The position numbers and the translations under genes are program-made. Positions 27,851 to 37,384 of a stretch of DNA of 53,445 nucleotides are shown piece by piece. The stretch is from Acidimicrobiia bacterium (GTDB taxonomy: Bacteria > Actinomycetota > Acidimicrobiia > Spongiisociales > UBA5794). The DNA is taken from assembly GCA_013003395.1 (NCBI GenBank), contig JABDJC010000220.1, forward strand, positions 1 through 53,445, written 5' to 3'. The notes beneath the pieces were generated by a model. It did not search any database, had not been told where the DNA came from, and worked only from the letters and a program-made list of their open reading frames with translations. Each line of letters starts with the position of its first letter. The first letter of the stretch is position 1.

Positions 27851-28492
27851 GTGAGAGAGTCCATCCCCCCGGCCACCGTTTCTCGGCTGCCCTTGTACCT
27901 CCGGGTCCTCGGCGAAATGCCGAAGGCGCACGCGATGATTTCGTCCGAGCAACTGGCGAACGTGGCAGGAGCAAATTCGGCTCAGGTACGTAAGGATCTC
28001 TCCTATCTCGGCTCGTACGGCGTTCGCGGTGTCGGTTACGACACTGTGCAGCTGCGGACTCAGATCGAGATGGCTCTCGGGCTGAGTGCTGACCTCGTGG
28101 TGGCGATCATCGGCGCAGGAAACCTCGGATCCGCGCTGGCGAACTACAAGGGCTTCAACGATTGGGGCTTCTCGGTTGGTGCGTTGTTCGATGTAGATGC
28201 CGCCAAGGTCGGATCACAGATCGACGGACTTGCCGTGCAGCCGATGTCTCGCCTGGAAGATCTCGTTGCGAGCGCAGGGGTGATGATCGGCGTCATTGCT
28301 ACACCAGCGGGTGCTGCTCAAGAGGTAGCCGATCGACTGGTGTCGGCTGGGGTCACGTCAATTCTCAACTTCGCCCCAACGGTGCTGCGAGTCCCTGAAG
28401 AGGTGCAGGTCCGACGAGTCGATTTGTCCACTGAGCTACAGATCCTCAGCTTCCACCTTCACTCAGGACGTCGCTCCGCCTCCGCCGGCTGA
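27851..28492 (+). CDS. rex: Redox-sensing transcriptional repressor Rex
   Basis: IPPATVSRLPLYLR, QVRKDLSYLG, GVRGVGY, GAGNLG and ILNFAP. Confidence 0.95.
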   Translation: MRESIPPATVSRLPLYLRVLGEMPKAHAMISSEQLANVAGANSAQVRKDLSYLGSYGVRGVGYDTVQLRTQIEMALGLSADLVVAIIGAGNLGSALANYKGFNDWGFSVGALFDVDAAKVGSQIDGLAVQPMSRLEDLVASAGVMIGVIATPAGAAQEVADRLVSAGVTSILNFAPTVLRVPEEVQVRRVDLSTELQILSFHLHSGRRSASAG

Positions 28493-28499
28493 AACAGCC

Positions 28500-28548
28500 G
28501 TCGAGCGTGCTTAAACGAACCGATGGGGTGGAATCAAGCACGCTCGAC
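28500..28548. terminator. Inverted repeat between convergent rex and the cytochrome operon
   Basis: Perfect 13-bp arms GTCGAGCGTGCTT / AAGCACGCTCGAC with a 23-nt loop. Confidence 0.55.
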
Positions 28549-28557
28549 AGTGCCGCG

Positions 28558-29061
28558 TCAGGCGGTTTCTGCAGCCTCTGCTTCTTCAAGGCGGTTCATC
28601 GCCGCCAAGAACATGACGAACAGGATGAACGATCCGATCATCACCGCAGCCGCCGGTACTCGAATCTGGAATGCGTTCAAACCTTCGATTCGAGCGGGCC
28701 GAAGACCCCGGGGGGCATAGACCACGAAGAGCAGGGAACCAATGGCCAGCCATCCGAAGGAGGCTGCACCTCCGACGAGGAAGGCGAGCCGCTTGCCGAG
28801 GTTCGTGTACAGCAGCAGGAACCCGGTGCCGTTGAAGGCGATCAGTGCCGTCACCGTGACGAGGACACCGCGTGCAGCGATCGAGGCCTGAGTGATCTGT
28901 CCACTCTCGTCGGTGTTTTTGAAGATTGCGTCGTACGCGTCGCCGATGGCGCCTCGGATGGCCGGAACAAAGACAAGAGCGGTGAGGATGACGAGCGCGA
29001 TACCAAGCTTCTCGAGCATCGTGAACCCGGATTCTTCACGGTGAAGCCGCTCGATCATCAC
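28558..29061 (-). CDS. Small polytopic membrane protein, last gene of the Rieske/cyt b operon
   Basis: About 4 TM helices; start overlaps the cytochrome c stop; N-terminus contains EESGFTMLE. Confidence 0.7.
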   Translation of the reverse strand: MMIERLHREESGFTMLEKLGIALVILTALVFVPAIRGAIGDAYDAIFKNTDESGQITQASIAARGVLVTVTALIAFNGTGFLLLYTNLGKRLAFLVGGAASFGWLAIGSLLFVVYAPRGLRPARIEGLNAFQIRVPAAAVMIGSFILFVMFLAAMNRLEEAEAAETA

Positions 29062-30644
29062 ATGGCCCTTTCGTACTGAACAATCAACAAGATGTCATCA
29101 CGCGACAAGATCTGTCCGAAGCCGGGCATCCAGCCGCGACCGATTCCGTTGACCCCATAGTTTTCGGCGAGATTCGAACCATTGATGATGAAGTCGACAT
29201 GCTCGTCAGCGGAGGGGAACTGCAGCACGGACCGACCGTCGAGCAATGACGGTCCCCATGCACCAGAGCCCTCTTCTTGCTGGAAGGCGACCCCGGCTGA
29301 ATATCCGGCCGTGTGGCAACGGGCGCAGTAGCTGTTGAACAGGCCAACGGCACGTGTCGCTGCTTCGACGTCTCCATCAAACGCCTCGGCAGCGAGGGCG
29401 TCGAAATCGACCTCCCAAGCAGCCTCGGCAAGTGCCTCTTCGAGGTACTCCTTGCCGGCTTCTGCCGCTTCCAGGAAGACGTCTTGGCGACTCTGGACCA
29501 CGTTGAGCTGGAGCCGGATCGTGTCGAGCTCGCGGAGCAGACTTTCGGCTTCCTCGAGGTCAGGGATCATGTTGCCCGCAGCATCCTCCATCGAGAAGGC
29601 GTTGTCGGTTCGCAACTCGATGGCAAAGTCAGGGCGGTCGAGGCTCTGGGCCACGTGTGCGAACAATTCGTTGATCGCGCGTTCAGCGTCGTCGGCGAGG
29701 CCGTCCCTGTCGGTGTCCAGATTCCTCATCGAGCAGCTCGTGTTGACGAGTGCGGCAGACGCCGGCGTGCAGGTCTCCCGTGCGATGAATACCGCACGGA
29801 TGTCGGCCGGTGTCGTATCGATCGAAGCGAACAACTCGGGTGCTGCGAGGATGTCTTCTATCGCCTGCACTTGACCGTCCGCTGTTGCGGTGCCGTTGAT
29901 GAGGTCTGTGACGGTCAGCGCCCCGTTGTCGATACGACTGAGTGCCTGGTTGACGGCGCCTTCGACCTCGGCAACCACTTCTGCCTGCGGAATCTGCAAG
30001 GAGCGGATGTATGCCATGACCTGGTCGACTTCTTGACTCGTCATACCGCCACCGCCCTCGAGACCGCTCGCAGGCATCGGGGTACCGTCCCGTCCGTAGA
30101 CGATCCAGAAACGGACCTCGTCATCGGAGTAGCGATAGAAGACGTCATTGAGCGATGGCGCCGACCATGCCGTCGTGAGCTTGCTCCGTGGCTCAATGAA
30201 TTCGGCTGCACCGCCGCCGGCAACTGGACCGTGACAGTTCACGCAAGAGAAGTTGGTGTACCAGCGCTCACCTTCGTGGATGTCGCGCTCGTTTTGTTTC
30301 TCGGCGGCTTCAGCCTGACGGTTGGCCTCTGAGAAGTAGTACACCGGCATGGCGATGGCCAGAACCGCGGCTGATATCACCGCAGCGCCAAGGACCCGAT
30401 TCAGACGGGTGGACTCCATCTCGTCGTCAGATATGAAGGGCTGCTGGTTCGGCGGCGTCTCCTCAGGAGACGGTTCTGCGGTTCGTCCTGTGCGCAGCAA
30501 GTAAGCCACCCAGATGAGCGCCGACACCACAGCAATGGCGATGACAACGGCACCGAGGTCGATCGTGGTGTCGGGTACGACCTCGTCTTCAGTCGCCTCG
30601 ACGGCGAGGATCATCGCGTCGAAGAGTTTCGTTCCAGCGCGCAT
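29058..30644 (-). CDS. Membrane-anchored diheme cytochrome c (c subunit of the Rieske/cyt b complex)
   Basis: Two TM helices; CVNCH with GTPMPA; CARCH with WMPGFG. Confidence 0.88.
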   Translation of the reverse strand: MRAGTKLFDAMILAVEATEDEVVPDTTIDLGAVVIAIAVVSALIWVAYLLRTGRTAEPSPEETPPNQQPFISDDEMESTRLNRVLGAAVISAAVLAIAMPVYYFSEANRQAEAAEKQNERDIHEGERWYTNFSCVNCHGPVAGGGAAEFIEPRSKLTTAWSAPSLNDVFYRYSDDEVRFWIVYGRDGTPMPASGLEGGGGMTSQEVDQVMAYIRSLQIPQAEVVAEVEGAVNQALSRIDNGALTVTDLINGTATADGQVQAIEDILAAPELFASIDTTPADIRAVFIARETCTPASAALVNTSCSMRNLDTDRDGLADDAERAINELFAHVAQSLDRPDFAIELRTDNAFSMEDAAGNMIPDLEEAESLLRELDTIRLQLNVVQSRQDVFLEAAEAGKEYLEEALAEAAWEVDFDALAAEAFDGDVEAATRAVGLFNSYCARCHTAGYSAGVAFQQEEGSGAWGPSLLDGRSVLQFPSADEHVDFIINGSNLAENYGVNGIGRGWMPGFGQILSRDDILLIVQYERAM

Positions 30645-30661
30645 GCCCTACCTGGCTCCCG

Positions 30662-31486
30662 TCAGTTGCATGTCGGACCCTGGGGGTACGCGATGGTCTT
30701 GACCGAAGCACGAGGAGTCTGGATGACTTGGCCGGTGTCGATGATGAGATTGCCGTTCGCGTTGACCTCGATCACGAAGCGGTCGAGGTTACGTGGAGCC
30801 GGACCGTCGAAGTACTCGCCGTGGAAGTTGTACTTCGAGCCGTGACATGGGCACTCGAATCCTTGCGAGGGGATGCACTCAGGGACGCGGCAGCCGAGGT
30901 GGACGCATCGCTGCCACAGCGCCATCACGCCACCGGCCACAACGGGAAGTCCCTCGAACGACGATCCTTCGATGTCCGCATCGAACGTAGTCACCCACGA
31001 CTGGGCGGCAGGCAGGAACACTGGCACCAGCGTGCCGTCCGGTTGGTTGATGGCGTCGACGATGTCTTGCACGGAACCCACGTCGATCTTGGCGCCGAAT
31101 CCACCCTTCAGCTTCGGCCAGAAGAAGGCGAGGCCTGCAATGGCGAACTGGGCGAGAAAGATGCCGAAGATGCCGACGAGCGATCGGTTCAGAAACTGAC
31201 GCCGCGTGACATCGTATTCGTCTTTGGTGATGGTCGTCCGCTCGAGCAACGGATCCTTCACCGGCTCAGGATGTTCGGCTACCAGTACGTCTCCGGCCGC
31301 AACATCGGCAGCGTCGACGGACCCTACACGACGGGTGCGTGCCCGATCGCGTGCCCGTGCCTTGCGGCTGAGACGACCTGTGCTCTCGGGTTGCTTCTCC
31401 CGCCGTCCCGCGACAGCAAAGATGCTCACGAATGCGAGCACCGCAACGGCGGCGATAGCCACGATGAAGATCTGTGTCGTGTTCAA
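30662..31486 (-). CDS. Rieske [2Fe-2S] protein
   Basis: CVHLGC and CPCHGSKY, GPAPRNL, Tat motif TRRQFL; TTG start overlaps the upstream stop. Confidence 0.92.
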   Translation of the reverse strand: MNTTQIFIVAIAAVAVLAFVSIFAVAGRREKQPESTGRLSRKARARDRARTRRVGSVDAADVAAGDVLVAEHPEPVKDPLLERTTITKDEYDVTRRQFLNRSLVGIFGIFLAQFAIAGLAFFWPKLKGGFGAKIDVGSVQDIVDAINQPDGTLVPVFLPAAQSWVTTFDADIEGSSFEGLPVVAGGVMALWQRCVHLGCRVPECIPSQGFECPCHGSKYNFHGEYFDGPAPRNLDRFVIEVNANGNLIIDTGQVIQTPRASVKTIAYPQGPTCN

Positions 31487-32397
31487 AAGTCGAAGAATAT
31501 CCCGTCTGCCCAAGGATACGTGAAGTTGAACCCTGGGCCTCTGAAGAACGAACCGAAGATGGTCAAGATTGCTGATGCCATGACAAAGAACGTGAAGATC
31601 ATTATGGCCAGTTTGCGGTCATTGGGCCGCACCGAAGGGTTCTTGTCGATGTAGGGGATGAAAGCGATGGCCGCGATGCCGAAGCCAGGAATGATCACGC
31701 CTGCGACTTGGGGATCGAAGTAGCTCAACAGTTCCTGCAAGCCGAGGAAGTACCACGGAGCCTTCGACGGGTTCGGCTGTTCGTTGAAGTTGGCCAACTC
31801 CAACAGGGGAGCATCGACGAAGACCGAAAAGACCAGCAGGAATGCCGTCATCACCATCAAGGCGACAAACTCGGCAGCGACGAGGTGGGGCCACGTGTTG
31901 ACCTTGTCGTGCGGTTCCTTCTTCACCTGCTGAATGGCGTTGGCCTTGACGACCGTAAGGAGACGTTGGGTCCGAACTCCGGCGGGTATTGCAGCTACTG
32001 GGGCAGCGGCAGGAGCCGCTGCTGCGCCGCCACCACCGCCTGCGGCCACGGGTGCCGCCGGCGCAGCGCCCGGAAGCGCGATGCCGTCGGCCTTGGCGCG
32101 TGCTCTCGTGCTGCGTTCGATGAGCGATTCGGGTACGCCAACGTCGGCCATTGCTGCGAAGCCCTCGAGGGCCGCTCCACCGGGGTCAGCGGCAGCGGGT
32201 GCTGCGGCGGCAGGTTCTGGCGCCACAGCCTCGGCGACTGGAGCCGCGGCGGGCTCGCCGGCTGGAGCCGCAGCAGGCGCTGAGCCGCCCTCGGGTGCGA
32301 GACCCATTTCGGCAAGGATCTCGTCGAGCGGTCGACCTTCCGCCTTGGCACGCGCCGCCGCGGAGCGTCTGAGGATGGATTCAGGTATCTCAGCCAA
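31483..32397 (-). CDS. Cytochrome b subunit IV (PetD-like) with Ala/Pro-rich N-terminal extension
   Basis: WPHL, NPSKAPWYFLGLQELL (PEWY equivalent), IPYIDKNP and three TM helices. Confidence 0.85.
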   Translation of the reverse strand: MAEIPESILRRSAAARAKAEGRPLDEILAEMGLAPEGGSAPAAAPAGEPAAAPVAEAVAPEPAAAAPAAADPGGAALEGFAAMADVGVPESLIERSTRARAKADGIALPGAAPAAPVAAGGGGGAAAAPAAAPVAAIPAGVRTQRLLTVVKANAIQQVKKEPHDKVNTWPHLVAAEFVALMVMTAFLLVFSVFVDAPLLELANFNEQPNPSKAPWYFLGLQELLSYFDPQVAGVIIPGFGIAAIAFIPYIDKNPSVRPNDRKLAIMIFTFFVMASAILTIFGSFFRGPGFNFTYPWADGIFFDF

Positions 32398-32406
32398 GCG
32401 CTTCTC

Positions 32407-33192
<786 letters not shown>

Positions 33193-33288
33193 CGTCGCTC
33201 CTCCCGCTCGTCATGTAGGTGTTCGAGTTGCCGATCGACAGTCTCCCCGCCCACGCCGTGCCATGCAAAACAATCGTGGAAGTCATGG

Positions 33289-33735
33289 TCACCACCGCAT
33301 CCCGTAGGAGTAACCGTTCTTGAAATCGCGGTCACCGGTGTCCACATCCCACGGAGCCAAACCGAGCTCTTCGCCCTGCTGAGCCAACGAGCCCTCGAAT
33401 TTGCCGAGGGTGATGACGTTGGTCGGACACCGGTCTACGCACAGCGCACACCGCGTACATTCGTCCTCGTCGACCACGAAGATTCCGAAGTTCGATTCGT
33501 CCATTCGCGGGTCGCTGACGTTCGTGGCCTCGGCGATTGCGTCGACTGAGAGGTAGTGGATGCACTTCCACGGACAGATGTCGACACAGCCCTCGCACAG
33601 GATGCACTCGGATTGGTTGATGTGCAGGAACTGTTTGGGCTTGACCGCAGCCTTCAAGTAGTCACCAGACACCTCGGTCAGTTGGTAGTCGTCACGCATC
33701 GGGGGCGTTTCGAACCAGACGTCATTCTTGGCCAT
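33289..33735 (-). CDS. 2x[4Fe-4S] dicluster ferredoxin
   Basis: CILCEGCVDICP and CTRCALCVDRCP motifs. Confidence 0.92.
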   Translation of the reverse strand: MAKNDVWFETPPMRDDYQLTEVSGDYLKAAVKPKQFLHINQSECILCEGCVDICPWKCIHYLSVDAIAEATNVSDPRMDESNFGIFVVDEDECTRCALCVDRCPTNVITLGKFEGSLAQQGEELGLAPWDVDTGDRDFKNGYSYGMRW

Positions 33736-34322
33736 CAGGCATCACCAATCATCGGTCGACCGTACGCCGAGATCTCGACAGGAGGTGGTGCGTCCCGCCT
33801 CGCCTTCTCGCGATTCTGCCACCAGACCATCACTGCGGGCCAGGCGAGGAGCGCCGTCGTCGAGTAACCGGCCGACACAACGTCCTTGATGACTGCGTAG
33901 GAGATCGTGACCTCATTGTTCAACGTGAGCGCTCGCGGGAGTGAGAACGCAATCTTCTGCGGTGTCCATTCGAGTTGGCTCTGCGTGAGCGTGAGCCACT
34001 GATTGGGAATCATGCCGAAGATGATCAGCGACTCGACCACGAACACTGCCGCACCGATGCTGGCTCGAGCCCAGGTCATGGGGCGCTCCCAGACAAACGC
34101 AACCACGATGCCGATCAAAGCGATCTGTCCGCCGGTGATGGCGATGAGTTGGCCGATCGAGGTCCAGACCCAACCACGCGGGATGAACTCGTAGATGGGC
34201 TCGTCGAACTGGTTGACCGGAGAGAGTTCCGTGAAGTGGGCCCACAACACGCCGATCGTGAGGATGACGGAACCACCGACCATGGCTGCAATGCCAAGGC
34301 GCAAGCGCTTCTGGTCTGTCAC
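33735..34322 (-). CDS. Uncharacterised 4-TM membrane protein, first gene of the Rieske/cyt b operon
   Basis: GGAGGA RBS then GTG at 34322; hydrophobic helices; stop overlaps the ferredoxin ATG. Confidence 0.7.
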   Translation of the reverse strand: MTDQKRLRLGIAAMVGGSVILTIGVLWAHFTELSPVNQFDEPIYEFIPRGWVWTSIGQLIAITGGQIALIGIVVAFVWERPMTWARASIGAAVFVVESLIIFGMIPNQWLTLTQSQLEWTPQKIAFSLPRALTLNNEVTISYAVIKDVVSAGYSTTALLAWPAVMVWWQNREKARRDAPPPVEISAYGRPMIGDA

Positions 34323-34537
34323 GGTGCGTCCTCCTGGCAACTCATCGATCGCGCGGTGGTCATTGTACGCATGAGTGCGCATCCTAAAGGTCTGCAGGAG
34401 TCTGTTGGCAACATGCTCCGATGAGGACCTCGCGTCAGTCGACGACCGGCGATCCGCGACAGATTCCATAGAGATGATGGCGGGTCGCGAACACCGCTAG
34501 GCTTGCGGCCCGCAGGCCCGCATTCCACGGAGGAACG

Positions 34538-36475
34538 GTGAGCGCAGAGATCCAGGCAACCGAAGCGACCTCCCTGTCTGACGGGGATGTGGCCGCTGCC
34601 AACAGCACATCGTTGGCGCACCTCAGAGTTGCCGGCGCATTTCTCGTTGCAGCTGCGCTACTGGGAATGGTGGCCGCATTCCAGATCGTTGCCCCCGACT
34701 TGCTCAGCGGCGTCGAGATGTTCTCCTACGGCCGGATCGCTCCTGTCGCGCTCGACACCTTCATCTACGGGTGGCTGACGATCGGACTCATCGGGGCTGC
34801 CTATCACATTCTTCCAAAGGTCTCTGAAGCGCCCTTGTGGAATCCGATGCTTGCGAAGACGGGCCTTGGCCTGATCACGCTCGGTGTGGCCATCGGCGGC
34901 CTGGCGGTGCTCTCTGGCTTCAACGAGGGCCGACTGCTGCTCGAGTATCCACTCTGGGCAGACGCGCTCATCGTGTTGGGCGTCGCAATCGCCGCATTCG
35001 TTTGCACGAAGACCGTGTCAGGCGGACAAAAGGACCTGATGCCTGCCCAGTGGTTCCTCGTTGCAGCACCGTGGTGGTTCGTGTTCAGTTTCGTCAGCGG
35101 AAACCTTCCTGGAATCCCGGGTGTCAATTCGCAGCTGCTGACCTCGTTCTTCCAATCCAGCTTCACCGGGCTGTGGCTCGCTGCGGCCGGCGTTGGCGTT
35201 GTCTATCACATCGTTCCTGCACTGACCGGTCACGGCCAGCGGCGGTCCTCGCGGATCTCGCTCATCGTGTTCTGGTCGCTCGCATTCGCCTGGGCCTGGA
35301 CCGGTCCACGATTCAATGTGTACGGACCGGTGCCTGACTGGCTCGAGACCATCGGTGCGTTCTTTGCGATCGGGCTGTTGGTGCCGGCAATCGCAGTCAT
35401 CGCGGACGTCGCATTCACCGTGCGCGACCGTTGGGATCACGTGACCAACCAGGCGGCGATCCGCTACCTCGCTGCCGGCTTCGTCTTCTTCACGATTGCG
35501 GCGGTCCAGAACATGGTGCAGTCGCTTCGGTCGCCTAGTGCGGTCTTGCAGTTCACTGCATGGCAATCGGCTTTCGACCTCGTCTTGTTCTATGGCGCCA
35601 TCTCGTTCTGGCTGTTCGCATTCGTCTCGGTCTCGCTGCCTGCGCTCGCGGGACGCCGTCCCACCGACGTATCGGCGCAGGTGCACTTCGGTGTGTCCGT
35701 CTCTGGTTTGCTGCTCGCCGTCGGAGCATCCTGGTTTGGTGGCCTGCAGCAAGGGCTGACATGGATCGGCACCGCGAACACCGAGGACGTGCTGCCCTAC
35801 GGCGAACAGTTCATCAATTCGGTTGGTCCACTCGAGGGTCCGTGGCTGCTGCGTGCCTTTGGACTGGCACTGTTTGCGCTGGCACAGTTCCTGTTCCTTC
35901 GTTCCCTGTTCGGCGCCGGCGCCGAGGCCACCGATGTAGACCGGGTTGTCGTAGACGATGACGGGGACGATCCAGCGGTCCTCGATCCGGCTCCGCCTGT
36001 GTTGCTGGGCGGGCTGTTGAAAGGCGCCGTCGGCTTGTTTGCCGTTGCGGCTCTCTCAGTTTGGATCCTGCCCAGCTTTGAAGCCGAAAACGTCGAAGGC
36101 ACCATCCTCGGCGACTTCAGCCGCTTCTATGAAGAGGGATCGGATGAGGCTGCCGGTCGACAGATCTACCTCCAGGAAGGCTGCTGGTACTGCCACACAC
36201 AACAAGTCCGACCGATCGTCACCGATGTCGGACTCGGACCCGTGAGCCAGGCAGGAGACTACGTGCACGAGACCCCGGCGATGTTCGGGGTGCAACGGAT
36301 CGGGCCCGACTTGATGCACTCCGGCTCCAGAGAGCCGACGGACTCGGTCGCCTGGCTGACTGCGTATCTCAACGACCCCCGCGCGGTGCGGCCTTGGTCG
36401 ACGATGCCCGCGTATGGCAGTCTGAGTGACACAGAAATCTCGCAACTGGCCGCCTATCTCGTGAGTCTCGACTGA
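34538..36475 (+). CDS. cbb3-type oxidase CcoN-like (ligand-less) domain fused to a CcoO monoheme cytochrome c
   Basis: FSYGR, GRLLLEYP and TGP...YGPVPDWL match CcoN framework motifs. The C-terminus has GCWYCHTQQVRP, RIGPDL and STMPAY. Confidence 0.85.
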   Translation: MSAEIQATEATSLSDGDVAAANSTSLAHLRVAGAFLVAAALLGMVAAFQIVAPDLLSGVEMFSYGRIAPVALDTFIYGWLTIGLIGAAYHILPKVSEAPLWNPMLAKTGLGLITLGVAIGGLAVLSGFNEGRLLLEYPLWADALIVLGVAIAAFVCTKTVSGGQKDLMPAQWFLVAAPWWFVFSFVSGNLPGIPGVNSQLLTSFFQSSFTGLWLAAAGVGVVYHIVPALTGHGQRRSSRISLIVFWSLAFAWAWTGPRFNVYGPVPDWLETIGAFFAIGLLVPAIAVIADVAFTVRDRWDHVTNQAAIRYLAAGFVFFTIAAVQNMVQSLRSPSAVLQFTAWQSAFDLVLFYGAISFWLFAFVSVSLPALAGRRPTDVSAQVHFGVSVSGLLLAVGASWFGGLQQGLTWIGTANTEDVLPYGEQFINSVGPLEGPWLLRAFGLALFALAQFLFLRSLFGAGAEATDVDRVVVDDDGDDPAVLDPAPPVLLGGLLKGAVGLFAVAALSVWILPSFEAENVEGTILGDFSRFYEEGSDEAAGRQIYLQEGCWYCHTQQVRPIVTDVGLGPVSQAGDYVHETPAMFGVQRIGPDLMHSGSREPTDSVAWLTAYLNDPRAVRPWSTMPAYGSLSDTEISQLAAYLVSLD

Positions 36476-36477
36476 TC

Positions 36478-37338
36478 ATGCAAGAACAGCTCGCTTCCAT
36501 CTCCGCTGAACTGGGAGTTCCAACCGACCTGGTGGAACGTGCGGCACGTGCTCGCGCCACCGCTACCGGGACGACGGTGGAGCAGATCGTTGCTGCCTGG
36601 AGCGGCGGAGAGGCGGCGCCGGCAGCGGCAGCTCCTCCCGCAGCGTCTGCAGCCGCTCCTGCAGCTGCCCCGGCGGCGGCGGCTCCTGCAGCGCCGGCTG
36701 GGCCGATCGTCGAAATCTTCGAGCCAACGGCCGCTCCGCCTGAAGTTGAAGTAGAGGTTGAACCTGAGGTGCCCGAGCCCGTGAAGCGTCGGGCCGTGCC
36801 CGTTTGGATGATGGCCACGTTCGTCGCGATTCCCGCAGTGGCCCTCATGTACGCATTGTTGATTCCGAACGGGCCAGACTGCGGAGGTGGCGGCCAACTC
36901 GCCATCGATCCCGTCACTGGAGTTGCGCAGTCTTGCGATGGTTCTGAATACGGTGTCAGCGCGGTCGATTTCTTCGCGATGGGCAGCGACCTGTACGCCA
37001 CCCAATGTGCGGCTTGCCACGGTGCGGAAGGCGGCGGCGGCGCCGGCCCCGCATTCACCGGAGGAGCAGTCCTCGCCAGTTTTCCCACTGATCAGTGTGC
37101 GACCCACGTCGAGTGGGTGGCTCTGGGGAGCAGCGCCTGGCCGGAAGCCACCTATGGAGCGTTGGACACACCAGTCGGCAGCAGTGGTGGCGTGATGCCA
37201 GGCTTCGGGTCACGCCTGTCACCGGAAGAGCTAGCAGCCGTCGTGCTCTATGAGCGTGTGGCGTTCGGTGGAGAGGGCATCGGAGTTGCAGAGGCCGATT
37301 GCGGACTCGGCGACGAAGCGGTTGCTGCCGGCGAATAG
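36478..37338 (+). CDS. Membrane-anchored monoheme cytochrome c with Ala/Pro-rich N-terminal arm
   Basis: One TM; CAACH; VMPGFG; 2 nt downstream of the CcoNO-like gene. Confidence 0.88.
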   Translation: MQEQLASISAELGVPTDLVERAARARATATGTTVEQIVAAWSGGEAAPAAAAPPAASAAAPAAAPAAAAPAAPAGPIVEIFEPTAAPPEVEVEVEPEVPEPVKRRAVPVWMMATFVAIPAVALMYALLIPNGPDCGGGGQLAIDPVTGVAQSCDGSEYGVSAVDFFAMGSDLYATQCAACHGAEGGGGAGPAFTGGAVLASFPTDQCATHVEWVALGSSAWPEATYGALDTPVGSSGGVMPGFGSRLSPEELAAVVLYERVAFGGEGIGVAEADCGLGDEAVAAGE

Positions 37339-37384
37339 CGGTTGTCGCTCAGTCCGAGGTCCGAATTCTCGTTGATAACCAGCA

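Noticed and set aside
27840-27857. Rex operator at the rex start (TTGTCAAGTTCGTGAGAG)
   Set aside because: Only the left half-site resembles TTGTGAA-N4-TTCACAA; the right half has too many mismatches.
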